Shown here: piece by piece, positions 29,124 through 43,222 of the stretch
Layout of the letters: each line of letters begins with the position of its first letter
Numbering within the stretch: position 1 is the first letter of the stretch
Assembly (NCBI GenBank): GCA_951406725.2
Contig: OX597819.1
Location: 88,164,001-88,228,000 of the forward strand
DNA: 64,000 bases
Reading direction: 5' to 3'
Source: Octopus vulgaris
Lineage: Eukaryota
Program-made: the position numbers and the translations under genes
Notes under the pieces: generated by a model
The model's input: the letters and a program-made list of their open reading frames with translations, nothing else
Databases searched by the model: none
Told to the model about the DNA's origin: nothing

Positions 29124-30195
29124 ATGCATGTATGTGTATGTATTGTATATTCAATTTTAAATTTAAAAAAAAATCTGCAGAAACTTTGAAGTAGGCCAGC
29201 TTTGTGAAGAAACATTAACTTTCTTTTTTATTACTTAGGAACTAACGATCTGGATTGTGTAGATTTTTAACTAGTATGTTGCTACTGGCTTAGTCTAATT
29301 CCGAAGACTGTGTTCAGATGTGTTCGTCATTAGTTCATAAATATGTGAAGTAACATTGTTATGTATTATTTTTATTGTCATTTGAACTTAAAATAATAAT
29401 GTTTAAAAAGAGTTTCCTTTAAAAAATTTCTTCTTTGTCGGTTGTTTTATAATGGTACAAGTATAAACTCAAGTTACAAAACAAAACAGATGGGAGAAAC
29501 TTTATTATCAAAAAAAAAAAAAGAAAAAAAAGTCAGTGATTTAAACGACAAACAATGTTTAGGAACTTCTGTACGACAGCTGTACTCTTATCTCAAAACA
29601 GCTCTCATTTAGTATATCAAAGAATGCACATATTCTTCAACATTCTCTTTTCACAACTTTAGCAAGTATCTGTCTTCTATCTTTTTTTTTTTTATACTTG
29701 TTTCAGTCATTCTATTGCGGCCTTACTGGGGCAACGCCTTGAAGCGTGTAGTCGAATAAATCAGCCACAGTACTTATTTTTTTTATAACTCCGGTACATA
29801 TTCTATCGTTCTCTTTTGGTAAACCGCTATTCTATCGTTCTCTTTTGGTAAACAAACCATCAGCGATCGTCAAATGGTATTGGGGACAAACACAAACACA
29901 AGGACACACAAATGTAGATACATTTCCCCTAAAAGTAACAGAAATACCAACGAGTATGAGATTCTGAATTCCCAAAATGAAAAGGACTATATATAGCTAC
30001 TGGATTTATTGACTATATAAGTAGATTGCCTACTTGTTTCTCTGGGATTGGTCAAATTGATGTAGACACCTCTGATAAAAATCCAATAATGTTCAAAAAT
30101 CGATTAAAGGTGTTCATTTTTCTCAATAATTAAATTTACCCTGTTTATAGGTTATATATATATCTTTCTCTCTTTTTTCTCTTTTTTTTTTTACT

Positions 30196-30381
30196 TGTTT
30201 CAGTCATTTGACTGCGGCCATGCTGGAGCACCGCCTTTTAGTCGAGCAGATCGACCCCAGGTCTTATTCTTTGTAAGCCTAGTACTTATTCTATCGGTCT
30301 CTTTTGCCGAACCGCTAAGTAACGGGGACGTAAACATACCAGCGATGTTGGGGAAACAAACACAGACACACAAACACACAC

Positions 30382-30445
<64 letters not shown>

Positions 30446-30610
30446 GACAGGCTTCTTTCAGTTTCCGTCTACCAAATCCACTCACAAGGCTTTGGTCGGC
30501 CCGAGGCTATAGTAGAAGACACTTTCCCAAGGTGCCACGCAGTGCGACTGAACCCGGAACCGTGTGGTTGGTAAGCAGGCTACTTACCACACAGTCACCC
30601 CTGCGCCTAT
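30196..30610 (-). mobile_element. SINE family B, full length
   Basis: Reverse complement of 25800-26258. Partial copies also at 24900-24990, 29697-29910 and 37986-38091. Confidence 0.9.
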
Positions 30611-31194
30611 TAATTATAGCGCATCGGCATATATATATATTTATGTATATATGTATATGTATATGCGCGCGCACACACACACACACACATATATGAAAGG
30701 ATGTAACAGTTTCTGTCAACCAACTCCACTCACAAGACATTGGTGTATAATAGAAGAGAAAACACTAACCCAAGGTAAGTGGAACTGAACTCAAAAGTTA
30801 TGTGCCTAAAATGCAAACTTCTTAACCTACACAGAGATGCCTGCGCCTATGTAGTAAAGCTGGTTTCGCCGTTTCGCTCTTAGAGTGATGACACAGGAAT
30901 ATCTCCGGAATTTCCGCTCAACAATTAAAACTAACATTGGCAGTTAAAATAACATTTGTCGATGATTAATATATATTGTTTTGTTTTTTCCCTTTCACTT
31001 CGCGGTATTATTATTTCGAGTCAACTTTCATCGTTGTTTCCTGGGGTTAAGTATGTTAAACACTAATTCGTCTATTGTCCAATGTTAGTTTTTTTTCAAG
31101 TGCAATATCTATATATTTTTCACATTCCTTCCTTCCTATGTTTCTATGAAAGCAAGCGTTTATTTCCTTCCGTTCCTTTCACTTTCGTGCGCGG

Positions 31195-31245
<51 letters not shown>

Positions 31246-31249
<4 letters not shown>

Positions 31250-31363
31250 CCTGCTCGCTTAGCCAGCGGGGTGGCGTCATTTGAAGGCTAAAACAATGCG
31301 AAGCGCATTGTGACCAGCGACGTGTAGCAACATCTTATAGCTTGGTCGGTCACGGTCATCACG

Positions 31364-31367
<4 letters not shown>
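31246..31367 (+). repeat. ~120 bp interspersed repeat embedded in (TA)n
   Basis: Inverted homologue at 35068-35190. Confidence 0.8.
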
Positions 31368-31420
<53 letters not shown>

Positions 31421-31480
31421 TGGTAAAAACGTTAAGATAACAAAAGAAAGAAAGAGACCTCAATATTACGTAAATAGAGG

Positions 31481-31516
<36 letters not shown>

Positions 31517-31521
<5 letters not shown>

Positions 31522-31860
31522 GTTGAGTAAAAAGTAAGCAACGTTTTGAACCGTGGAGAATTTGAACCGAAGTTTTGCAGAGTTCTGAATGTATGAAAAT
31601 ATGTTTGTAATTGTCTGATAATACAGACACAAACTTACCCAAATGCATCGATAAATTAACATTGATATTTTTTTCACCGTTGTTACAACTATCAGAAACA
31701 GAACTGTCAAAGCATGACATTCGAGTAATTTTGCTATTTAACTCCAGAAACAGACGTAAAGGAGCTGAAACCACTCTCGATATCAACGAAACGTTTGGTG
31801 AAGAAATGACCAGTGAGTGGCCAGTTCGAAAATGGTTTAAGCGATTTCGCAGTGGGTCTT
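31517..31860 (+). mobile_element. 5' fragment of a mariner (Mos1-like) transposon
   Basis: TA-TCAGGTTG terminus; LSKHDIRVILLF..GAETTLDINETFGE..VRKWFKRFRSG is the mariner N-terminal HTH. Confidence 0.85.
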
Positions 31861-31919
31861 TTTTTTTTTTTTAGTTCTATGTGGTCTGACATAGAATGTT
31901 TTAAAAAACCATACTTGAC

Positions 31920-32720
31920 ATCGATACCACCATAGAAACTATCAAGCTAAAGGTATGTGCTAAAGCTGCTCGCATAGCAAGGTATGAAAAGCGAGTTAGA
32001 TTCTTCAAAGACAACATGTTCAAAAATAACCCCAAAAAGTTTTAAAGGAAGATAGGGAAAATACCAGTTACAGTAAAGTCTGTCCTATCAAAAGAAGTGC
32101 AGGAATTTTGGAATATAATTTGGGCAGAAGAAAAAACAAACAAATGAAAAGGCCCCTTGGATTGGTAGAATATCTACAGACTTAGACTCCTTAGAAGAGC
32201 AACAGTGGGAGGGTATCAAAGTAGAGGATGTAAAATTTGCTCTCAGGAAGTCAAGCAAATGGAAGATTCCAGGAAAGGTTAGAATTCTAACTTCTGGTTG
32301 AATGCCTTCACAGAGAGCTATGAACTGCTAAAAAAACAATACAACAATGTTTTGCAACAACCTAGTATGATTCCCTCTTGGCTAGTTAATGGTGTAACAT
32401 TCCTACTTCAAAAAATGAAGAAACAAATGAACCCCAAAAATATAGACCCATAACCTGCTTAACAACAATGTATAAAATACTAATATCTGTCTTGACTGAA
32501 TATGCCTATAGTTTTTTAACAGAAAGTGGCATATTCCCGAAAGAGCAAAAAGGGTGTAAACGTAAGTCCTATGGTTGTAAAGATCAGCTTCTCATCAATA
32601 AGATGATCTTGGAAGATTGTCACAAACGACACAAAAACTTGTCTATAGCCTGGATAGACTACATAAAAGCTTTTGATAGTCTACCATATAGCTAGATTAA
32701 GAAATATCTGGAAATGTCTA
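31920..32720 (+). mobile_element. R4/Dong-type LINE RT fragment
   Basis: YRPITCLTTMYKIL..EQKGCKRKSYGCKDQLLINKMIL..WIDYIKAFDSLP. Confidence 0.85.
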
Positions 32721-32726
32721 AAATAT

Positions 32727-32900
32727 ATACGACAGGCTTCTTTCCGTTTCCGCCTACCAAATCCACTCACAAGGCTTTGGTCGACCCGAGGCTATAGTAG
32801 AAGACACTTGCCCAAGGTGCCACGCAGTGGGACTGAACCCGGAACCATGTGGTTGATAAGCAAGCTACTTACCACACAGCCACTCCTGCGCCTATGTGTG

Positions 32901-32931
<31 letters not shown>

Positions 32932-33214
32932 ATATATATGTATATATGTAAGTATGTATGTATGTATGTATGTATGTATGTATGTATGTATGTATGTATG
33001 TGTGTGTATATGTTTGTGTGTCTGTGTTTGTCCCCCCACCATCGCTTGACAGCCGATGGTGGTGTGTTTACGTCCCCGTAACTTAGCAGTTCGGCCAAAC
33101 AAACCGATAGAATAAGTGCTAGGCTTACAAAGAATAAGTCCTGGGTCGATTTGTTCGACTAAAGGCGGTACTCCAGCATGGCCACAGACAAACGACTGAA
33201 ACAAGTAAGAGAGT
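32727..33214. mobile_element. SINE family B head (-, 32727-32894) next to a family B tail (+, 33010-33214)
   Basis: The two halves point in opposite directions across a microsatellite, unlike the intact copies. Confidence 0.8.
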
Positions 33215-33221
33215 AATATAT

Positions 33222-33317
<96 letters not shown>

Positions 33318-33689
33318 ACTACACGTGGACTGTTGGCGATTTTTTTCTCCTTCCTTTTCTTTTGGACTTTGTTATGTCTCCTGTTTCCGAAGAAACGTAG
33401 AACAACCACTCTTTCTTTCCTTCTTGCCTTTTTTCTCCGTTTTTTTTATTAATCATGTGTGTGTGTATGTGTGAGGCGATGGTGTTTAAATGAAAGAGTG
33501 TTATACAGTAGTTTATTCATTTGTTCAAAAACCCATCATTCACTCCGTTGCTACTTCGAGTTCTTGGTTTGTTACCCGAACGGACGGACAATAACTTCGG
33601 TGTTGATGACAATTCTGGAATAAGTTACACTCTTTGACATAACAGCTTTTCTTGTTTGAATCCCCATAAGTGTGTTAGTGTTAGTGTTA

Positions 33690-33740
<51 letters not shown>

Positions 33741-34951
33741 CGTGTGTAATTATATTTATGTGTAGATATATACTTACACACACATACTTAAACCTCAAAT
33801 GTGTGTAGAGGTAGGGAGTGTCAAGGCATTCACTCAGATTTATTTATAATTTAATCCCGAATAAAGTATTCTTTTATTATCGTTTTTCTTTTTGTGTGTG
33901 GTTTTAGATTTGGCCACTTTGTGTTTAAAATCTCATGACAACGTTAGTTTAACAAGCCGTCATCTGTCCCCAACGATATAAAACATCTGTAACATCAATG
34001 GCTACCTCTGCTAACAATTAAACATTCTGTCTATTTTTACTTCATATCTCATCTGTTTTCTGTTAGACTATTTATAAGTTTTTCCACCCCCTTTAACCCC
34101 ACCCTGCAACCAATTAAATACCACACGTAACTTATTATTTTTTTCTTTCTGTTTCCTTCTTTCAAGGTCGTTATCATTCAGCGAAAAAGTAGCTTTTACG
34201 TCTTTTGCGCTGCACTAATAACCTAATATTTTGTTTGTCTACCCGCTTCTCTTTTCTTCTGTTCTCTCCCTCATCACTCACTTACTCACTCACTCACTCA
34301 CTCTCTCTCTCACTCTCTTTCATTCTTCCTTCTTCCTTGACTTTTTCTCATACAATTTTCATTTCATTCACGTCGATGAATTTCTTTTGACGAGGCAGAA
34401 GACATTTTCAAGAGAGAAGTGTGATTAAAAGATTATCGGCTTTCATTCAAACAACACCTCTGTTAATATTGTCTTCAATCTTAGACTAAATGTAAGGACC
34501 CTTTAAAATGTTAGATTCTTCTCTCCTTACCGAAGCTGAACTTATTTTCCAAGGACTAATTATTACAAGCACAGATCATTTGCACTTTCCTCAGATTCCT
34601 AATTTAATTCCATAAACCAGGCTTCCCCAACGACGGGGCTGCGATCATTTGGTTGGAGGCTACAGAGAAAGAACAGTTTTTTAAATTTTATTTCCATTTT
34701 ATTGACCATTGCAGTCTGCGGAGTGTTTTAGTCTCATATACATGTTACACGCACATACACACACACACGCATTTTTCACAAAGGAATAGAGAGGAAGAGA
34801 CAGACAGGCAGACAGACTATGAAAATATTTACCTATTCAAAGACCTATTCCAATTTAATTGTTTCTCTTATTTTACTCTTAGTTGAAAAAGTCTAAAAGG
34901 CGGAAACCGGCACTAAAAATTATTTTAGCAATTTCTACCTTGTCTTATTTT

Positions 34952-35040
<89 letters not shown>

Positions 35041-35067
35041 TGTACGTATATATATATATATATATAT

Positions 35068-35190
35068 ATCACCGCGATCACTGTGACCGACCAGGCTATC
35101 AGATGTTGCTACACATCGCTGGTCACAATGCGCTTCACATTGCTTTAACTTTCAAATGACGCCACCCCGCTGGCTAAGCGAGCAGGCCAA
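35068..35190 (-). repeat. Second copy of the 120 bp (TA)n-associated repeat
   Basis: Reverse complement of 31246-31367 with several substitutions. Confidence 0.8.
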
Positions 35191-35200
35191 CGTATATATA

Positions 35201-35417
35201 CAGCATTCCCTCGCCATATCGCAGTTCACCTATCGCAGTCTATTACTTAAGCTTACGTCGATTCTTCCATGGTGTCGTTTTGCATTTATAATAAAACAGA
35301 TATATACAAATTATAAAAATAAAATAAAAAATATACAGTACTGTTTCTACTTAACGGATTTTCGCATATCACGTGGGGTTTTGGAACGTAACACCCACGA
35401 TAGTCGATGGATAACTG
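35201..35417. mobile_element. pogo/Tigger-like MITE
   Basis: TA-CAG...CTG-TA ends, imperfect TIRs (CAGCATTCCCTCGCCATATCG / CGATAGTCGATGGATAACTG) and subterminal GGAACGTAAC. Confidence 0.65.
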
Positions 35418-35799
35418 TATATGATTTAGTTATAAGGGTTTATTAGAATCAAAGTACATCAATACATAGGACGCCAGAAATGGCTAGGTACGATAACAGA
35501 GAGCTCAAAGTGAAGTAAACAATGTTGGAAACATCCTATATTAGTAGGACACTGTAGATCAGCAAACATCAAATCTAATTTAAGCCATAGATCACATTCT
35601 GGGGTTGAGTCTTGGTGTGGCGTAGGTATAAAAAGTAAACATAGATGGTGTTTAAAATTTACGACAGCTGTTTCTGTTGAAGATTATTAATGCGTTCATG
35701 AAAGATTAGATCATAATATAATATCCACCATCATCAGGTATAATTGCAATGGCAGTAATAGAACTGCCATTGCAATAGCAGTACTCTTACAAATATTCT

Positions 35800-35991
35800 T
35801 TTGTATCCTAGGCACAGGGCCCGAATTTTTTTTTTTTTTTTTGTGGGGGGCTAGTCGATTAAATCGACCCCAGTACGCAACTGATATTTAATTTATCGAC
35901 CACGAAATGATGAAAGGCAAAGTCGACCTCGGCGGAATTTGAACTCAGAACGTAAAAACAGACAAAATACCGCTAAGCATTTCGCCCGGCG
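35800..35991 (-). mobile_element. SINE family A
   Basis: Reverse complement of the family A core. Confidence 0.8.
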
Positions 35992-36029
35992 AACCCCGTT
36001 GGCTCTTGCTTAACACTGGATAATGCGAG

Positions 36030-36520
36030 TGAATTTAATAGGTCTAAAATAATTATCACTCTCCACAAACCACATATGAAAAACAGATTAATATTTCTGC
36101 TAACAGCACAGAAAATATTAATGTCTATGAATCTCCTTAATTGTGTAATTTTAGAAATAATAAGTTATGCCCCACTAAAAATAGTACCTATAGATGCGAT
36201 GTCCGAACTAATCTAACCACATTTACCTATATCGGTTCAACAGCGCGATTTAAGGAAATATTATATAATCATCATCATACTTTCAATAAACGTGATACAG
36301 CTAAAGTGACGCCGCTCGCGGAAAAAATTTGGGAACTAAAAGATAAAAAAAATAAATTCAAATTACCTGAATTATAATCAAACAAACATTAACCTGTTCT
36401 AACGATAGGTATGGATGTGGAATTTGCTGGACTGAGTTATGGAACATGTTAGAATGTTCAGGTAACGTCCTTAATAAATTCAGTGAACATAGGGTAAAAC
36501 GGTCGCACTACATTAGAAAA
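36030..36520 (+). pseudogene. Penelope-like element GIY-YIG endonuclease remnant
   Basis: CNFRNNKLCP..TYRCDV..TYIGSTARFKEILYNHHHTF..LAEKIWELKD, then after a frameshift IIKQ..CGICWTE..VLNKFSE, the PLE endonuclease signature. Confidence 0.8.
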
Positions 36521-37777
36521 TGGAGGCGCACACATAAGCACATTTAAAAAAACACATACGCACATTTATGTACACCTATGTTTTTAACACACATGTATAT
36601 CATACATACGGATATACATACACTCACACATGCATATACATATATGTGTATATATGTATGTGTGTATGTTGTTTTGCTCTAGATCATCCCCAATCGAATA
36701 GACTTATGAACAACTGCATTCTAGTAGTGACCATCCCTTAGAAATATTTATAATTACATTATCGTGTGATGTCTTTTTCCTTACTTATGACGGTAGAATA
36801 GGATTTGTAGGTGATTTAGCAGATAGTTCTCACAGGTCGAGCGACTGTATAGAGGCTCTCTCGTTGACCCAAGAGCTAGTGTAGTGATGTGTGTGTGTGT
36901 GTGTATGTGTGTGTGATACATATGCCTGCTTATAGAGGGAAAATAGGTGGGTAATGATTAGCAAGTTTAAGATTCGGTAAAGTTGGAAAAGATCCCTTTG
37001 GCGAAGAGCCAAAATGCATGTCTATATACTAGGAAGGGTAATGAACTTGCAAGCCTTTTTTTTCTTTTACTTCTTTTTAGCACAAAGGCATCTTTGCTCT
37101 CTGGAATGAATTACAGGTATTCTCACCCCACTTAGAGTCAACCGGTTGGTAATTTCTTCTCGATATCGTAGGTTGTGTGTGTGTGTATGTGAACAAGAGA
37201 ATGTGTTTGTGTGATAGTTACAATCATAAGTAAACCGTCTTGAAATTTTAATTCCTTCCGTCGGCCATTTTCCGACATGTGGCGGCTTCTGTAGAAGCCA
37301 TTTCATTCATCTCTCCTTTTCCTCTTCTCTGTTTTAGTTTTTCTAGACGAAAGGTTCATAATGTGGATTGCTGAAATGTTGAACGCTTTTCTTTTTCTTC
37401 TTTACAACCTATATTCAGCTCACACTTCTGTTTTCTTTTCTTCTTTTTATTTTTTTATGGGTGGTGGTGACGACACGAAACCTTTGGGAATCATTACCAC
37501 GATAGCGTAGATTTTACTTCCGGACTGCATTTGATTGAGGCTTCGTTATTAAGATTTGGTCGTGTGTAGGTAAAGTAAACATACCAACTTGGATTACACG
37601 TATATGTCAATCACTGTAGGATGGCAAACAAATTTCTCACCACTAGTGATTAGAATAGAACTGGCGATGATCTAATTAGTTAACCGATTTGACTGACCAG
37701 ATACACAGTCCTGGGGCTGTATAACTATCGCTTTGCATTTTGATGTGATATTTTGCTTCAGAATTTTATGCGTGCTA

Positions 37778-37825
<48 letters not shown>

Positions 37826-38499
37826 TGAAGTATATATGTCACTTAAATGTGGCTAACCCTTAAGGGTGGATGCTACTGTAGCTTGCAGCCCCAGGAGGAC
37901 CCCTCCTCCAACTGGCTATTGACATACTTTCTGTTCCCTATCGCGAAGGGAAGCCATCCTTCTCATCTTGAAGAGGGAGCTGGAGGAGGCTATAGTAGAA
38001 GCCAATTGCCCAAGGTGCCACGCAGTAGGAATGAACCTGGAACCATGTGGTTGGTAAGCAAGCTACTTACCACACAGCCACTCCTGCGCCTTTGACAGTG
38101 TTATTCAATTTTGAATCTGAAATCTCATACGATAAGAACTAAATTAGCATCAATCTATCCTCGAAATTGACGGATTATGGATATATGCAGTGCCGACTAT
38201 ATTTCAGTTTTCATTTCAATCATAAGCGTGAAAAATAAACTATTGAACTAGAATATACGATGTTGAACTAAATCTTTTAATACGTCCTCACTTATTGCGG
38301 TTGTATTTCAACTTTTTTTATTCGTATAGTGGCGAGAATTTACATCTTTTCAATTAATTTTGAAAGACTTCTCAAGAGAGTCCGATAACATGTGACACAC
38401 TGCCACTTTTCACAGCTCATTGGTCACTTGTCTCAGTCTCAGTTTCAATCTGTTAGTAATCTGTACTCTTTGTGCGAGCCAGTTCATATCAACTGACTA

Positions 38500-40532
38500 A
38501 ATTAGCCATAAAATAGAAAAATTTATTATGAGAAACCATAACCGTGACGATTATGAATCTGAAAATGAACGTTCGTCAAAAGCAACTAAGCGAAGTTATA
38601 ATAATGCAAAAGCTCGACCCAATCTTATATATCGCTATAACTATTTAAAGTCTGAGTTTCATTGGACTGACAATGTGTATCAACCTCTTCCGCTGTGTGT
38701 TGTCTGTGGTGAAAAGATGTCTAACGAAGGCATGTTGCCTAGTAAGTTGAAAAGACATTTTACAGCTAAACACCCACGTCTTCAATGTAAAGATCTGAAT
38801 TATTTCCAAAGACTGCTAGAAACTATTTTGAGTAAAGGATGAATGCTTCTGAAAAGGCTCGAGTTGCATCTATTGAAATAGCCGAAATGATTGCACAACA
38901 AACGAAATTGCATACTTTAACCGAGTCGATTATCTTACTCGCTTGTAGAAAGATGGCTAAAACCATGTTAGGTGATGAAGCCGAGCAAGAAATAAGCAAG
39001 ATTCCGCTCTCAAATAATACAATCCGTAGGAGGATTATGGATTAATCCGCTGATATAGAAGAAAATATACAGAACAAATTTCAAAACTCAGAATTTGCTC
39101 TACAGGTTGGTTAATCAACTGACATTAGCAACAAAGCACAATTACTTACATTTATTCGCTTTTGTGATGGTAACCAAATCATAAATTAGTTCTTTTGTTG
39201 CGAAGAAATGCCACTCACTATAAGAGGTCAAGATACTTTTAATATTTTATCTGCCTACCTCGTAAACTGGAATTTATCCTGGAATTCATGTGTTGGAATA
39301 TGTACCAATGGGGCACCATCTATGATAGGCTCTATTAAAGGTTTTGTATCGCTCATACAACAGCAACATGTTAATGTTATACGTAGTCATTGCTTCCTAC
39401 GCAGAGAGGTACTAGTTTCAAAAACTACCAGTTGAGTTAAAACAAGTAATAAACTAAGTTGTTGAAATGGTTAATTATAATAAAAGTAGGCCGTTGAAGT
39501 GTTGCTTATTTGAACAAATTTCTGTTGGTATGGATTCCTATTACAAGCGCTTACTTTTACACACAAAAGTCAGATGACTCTCAAAAGGTATGAGGCTACA
39601 TCGCATGCTTGAACTCCAGAATGAATTGCATGCTTTTTTAAAGAAGAAAAACAGGAATGCCTCTTGGAATATCTACAATGTAAATGTTGAGTTTCCAAGC
39701 TGGAATATTTAGCAGAGATATTTTCACAACTTAATAGCGTCAACACAAGTATGCGAGGTAGAGATGAAAACATTCTCATTTCGATAGATAAGCTGGTTTC
39801 ATTTAAAAAGGAAGTTGTAATTTGGGAAAATGGAGCTGAAGGTGGTAACTTCGAAATGCTTCCCTTAATACGTAAAAGCTGCATAAAAAATGTCTCCTAT
39901 TGTATTTGAACATTTGACAAATCTGGAAGAAAAAATAAACTTTCATTTTTCGTCATTGAACACAGAAGAGTAGGATTGGGTTCGGAATCCCTTCTCAAAA
40001 ATTCCATTTAATATTGGTCTGAAAATATGTGAAGAAGAGAAATTGGCATCTACATCCAGTGATCACGGACTTTAAAATCAAGTATGCTGAGTTAACTACT
40101 GATACATTTTGGATTGCTATTATAGGAGGTTACCCCTCAGTAGCAAAAAAAAAAAAAAAAAGGCCTTATCAATTTCGATGCAGTTTTTCACATCGTATTT
40201 ATATGAGTTGGGATTTTCAATCCTTAATAACATCAAATCCCTCCAAAAGAGAGAGGTTCCGTTGCTTCGAAATAGACACGAAGGCTTGTCTTGCTCAAAT
40301 ATGTCCCAGTATTGAAAACGTTTCCAAAAAACATCAAGTGAATGTTTCTCATTGATAACTTTGCTTCATGTATTGAATAAAGAGTAAGTACAGGCAATTT
40401 TTCTGTATTTTTAATTATCTACATATTGCTTCATAGTTTTGAATCAGTTTTAGAATTTATGTACAAAGTGCGCCAAAATATTTTGACTTCTTGTAAGATG
40501 CGCTGTGAGTAAAAAGAACTTGGGAACCACTG
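38500..40532 (+). mobile_element. hAT Buster/Charlie-type transposon, decayed transposase (ZBED8/SCAND3/FAM200-like)
   Basis: PLCVVCGEKMSNEGMLPSKLKRHFTAKH, KIPLSNNTIRRRI, CVGICTNGAPSMIG, HCFLRREVL and FTSYLYELGFS. Right TIR TTGGGAACCACTG ends at 40532; left end not resolved. Confidence 0.9.
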
Positions 40533-41128
40533 GGTTAGTGTGTTGCGCTCACAATCGTAAGGTAGTGGTTTCGATTTCCAGACTGAGGGATGCATTATGT
40601 TCCTGAGCAAAACACTTCATTTCACATTGCTCAGCGGTCTTTTCAGCATCTGACGTGCGGCACACCGTGCACCTGTACAATGTCAGTTTGATAGAGGGAA
40701 GTTCTTTTTACTTCTTTCACGATATTTCTTCCATTTTGAATTTCATTTTGGTAATCTCCTATGAGCGATCCTACAGCTGAATCTACAAGTAATAAATGTT
40801 GTGTGCATATATATCGAGGATAATTCTACTAATGATATGATATTTTGTTTTTGGTTTATTATCATTTATGACCAGCTTTGAGCAATTTTGCCCAATCTTC
40901 AAGTATTAAAAAAAAATGTATTAAAATGGGACATTAACCTTTAGCAAATTGCTTTCGTAGCGTGTACTGAGAAAAGTGTTAATTCCTGACTTACTCTCTG
41001 TTTCGAGATCACACGTTATATCACTTATCTGGAAGACATGGCCCGCTTGTCACTCTGTCCATCTCTTTCTCTTTCTCTCGTATGTGTATGTGTATAGGTA
41101 TATATATGTGCGTGTGTGTCAGCATGCA

Positions 41129-41194
<66 letters not shown>

Positions 41195-41203
<9 letters not shown>

Positions 41204-41257
41204 GAAGGAGCTTCTACAGGACTAGAACTGTGAGAAATCTTCAGGAAGCTAGTTAAC
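41195..41257 (-). mobile_element. Short solo remnant of the hammerhead-bearing terminal repeat
   Basis: Matches 16571-16642 except for a 9 nt deletion (TTCATTCAA) through the GAAA core; flanked by (TA)n. Confidence 0.8.
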
Positions 41258-41269
41258 TAGTGTAATATA

Positions 41270-41366
<97 letters not shown>

Positions 41367-41532
41367 CACATATACACACACACACTCACACACTCACAAA
41401 ACACAAACACGTATGTATGTGTGTGTATATATATATATATATATGTATGTGTGTATAAACACGCAAACACATATATACGTGTGTATATATGTATGTATAT
41501 ATACATTATATACATGTATGTGTATGTATTTA

Positions 41533-41588
<56 letters not shown>

Positions 41589-41854
41589 TGTGTGTGTATA
41601 GACTTATATATATATATACGCCCGATATATTTATCGTGTTTCCGAATGTGATACGTGTATAAATCATACCACACTTATGTATGTGTGCGTGTCTGGAGCG
41701 CGCGCGCATGATTTACGCGTATCTCATATATACAAGGCCATTATGCACAAACACATTAAACAATCCTCTCTTCTCTATCCATCTGTTTCTTTCTTTCTCG
41801 TCTAGCCTTTATGTGCTCTTAAATGTCTAATATGGCTCTTCCACATTGTAATAG

Positions 41855-41890
<36 letters not shown>

Positions 41891-41980
41891 GCACACTCAC
41901 GCACGTATGTATGTGACGTATACATGTAATGTCAGTAAGTGAGATATGAGTAACTAAGTACATATGTATAAGTGTGTATG

Positions 41981-42026
<46 letters not shown>

Positions 42027-42053
42027 TATATGTGTGTGTGCGCGCATGATATA

Positions 42054-42105
<52 letters not shown>

Positions 42106-42318
42106 GTATGTGCGTGTGTGTATGAAAATTTTTGCAGCTTCAATAAAAAGCATATTACTCTACCTCTGGTATTCGAGTACTACTTTTCCCACCTCGTTTT
42201 GCATTTATGTGCTTACTCATGTGTATCTGTATGTATGTATGTATATATAGTATATATATATATATGTATGTATATATATATGTGTGTATGTATATATATG
42301 TGTATGTATATATATGTG

Positions 42319-42353
<35 letters not shown>

Positions 42354-42500
42354 TTTACTACCCACAAGGGGCTAAACACAGAATGGACAGACAAGGACAT
42401 ATATACATATATGAGTCGCCATCATAGATCGTTAGCCAGTATACACTTTTTTTGTCTCTCCTTGTTTTTTCTGTATCCCATACATGCATACATACATACA

Positions 42501-42534
<34 letters not shown>

Positions 42535-42543
42535 CATACATAC

Positions 42544-42597
<54 letters not shown>

Positions 42598-43073
42598 ATA
42601 TATATAGGTATGTATGTATTTCTCTATAAATATACATTTAGCCATCCAGCCATGCATACATACAAATATGTCTATATATTTATATATGTGTGTGTCTATG
42701 CATATAAATACATGCAAATATATGTCTGTGTATGTGTTCAAATATTTACACGTTCACCTATATGTGCGTGCGTGCTTGTGTGTGTGTGTGTTTGTGCTGT
42801 TGTTTCTGGAGGTAAATTGATAATGTCAGCAAAGGATCGGATTCGTTCCCGTTGTTTGTGCTTTAAGTTCAAATTCTATCGATGTTAACTTTATACTTTA
42901 CATCCTTATGGTGTCGATAAATAAAGTATCAATCTTTTAATAAAGTCGACTCTTGTTCTTCTCTCTTATTTTCGTTAAGAAATTGTCGTGTGTTTAGACA
43001 TAGGAGAGGGATGGATTGTATGTAACGATGGTGCCCTTATGAATAAACACATACGCACAGACATACCTATATA

Positions 43074-43120
<47 letters not shown>

Positions 43121-43177
43121 CCTGTCAGTTTGTATATCTGTCTGTCTGTCTGTATGTCTCTCTCTCTCTCTCTCTCA

Positions 43178-43221
<44 letters not shown>

Positions 43222-43222
<1 letters not shown>

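Noticed and set aside
38096-38110. CAGTGTTATTCAA as the left TIR of the hAT element
   Set aside because: Only a partial match to the right TIR, and the flanking 8-mers do not form a TSD.
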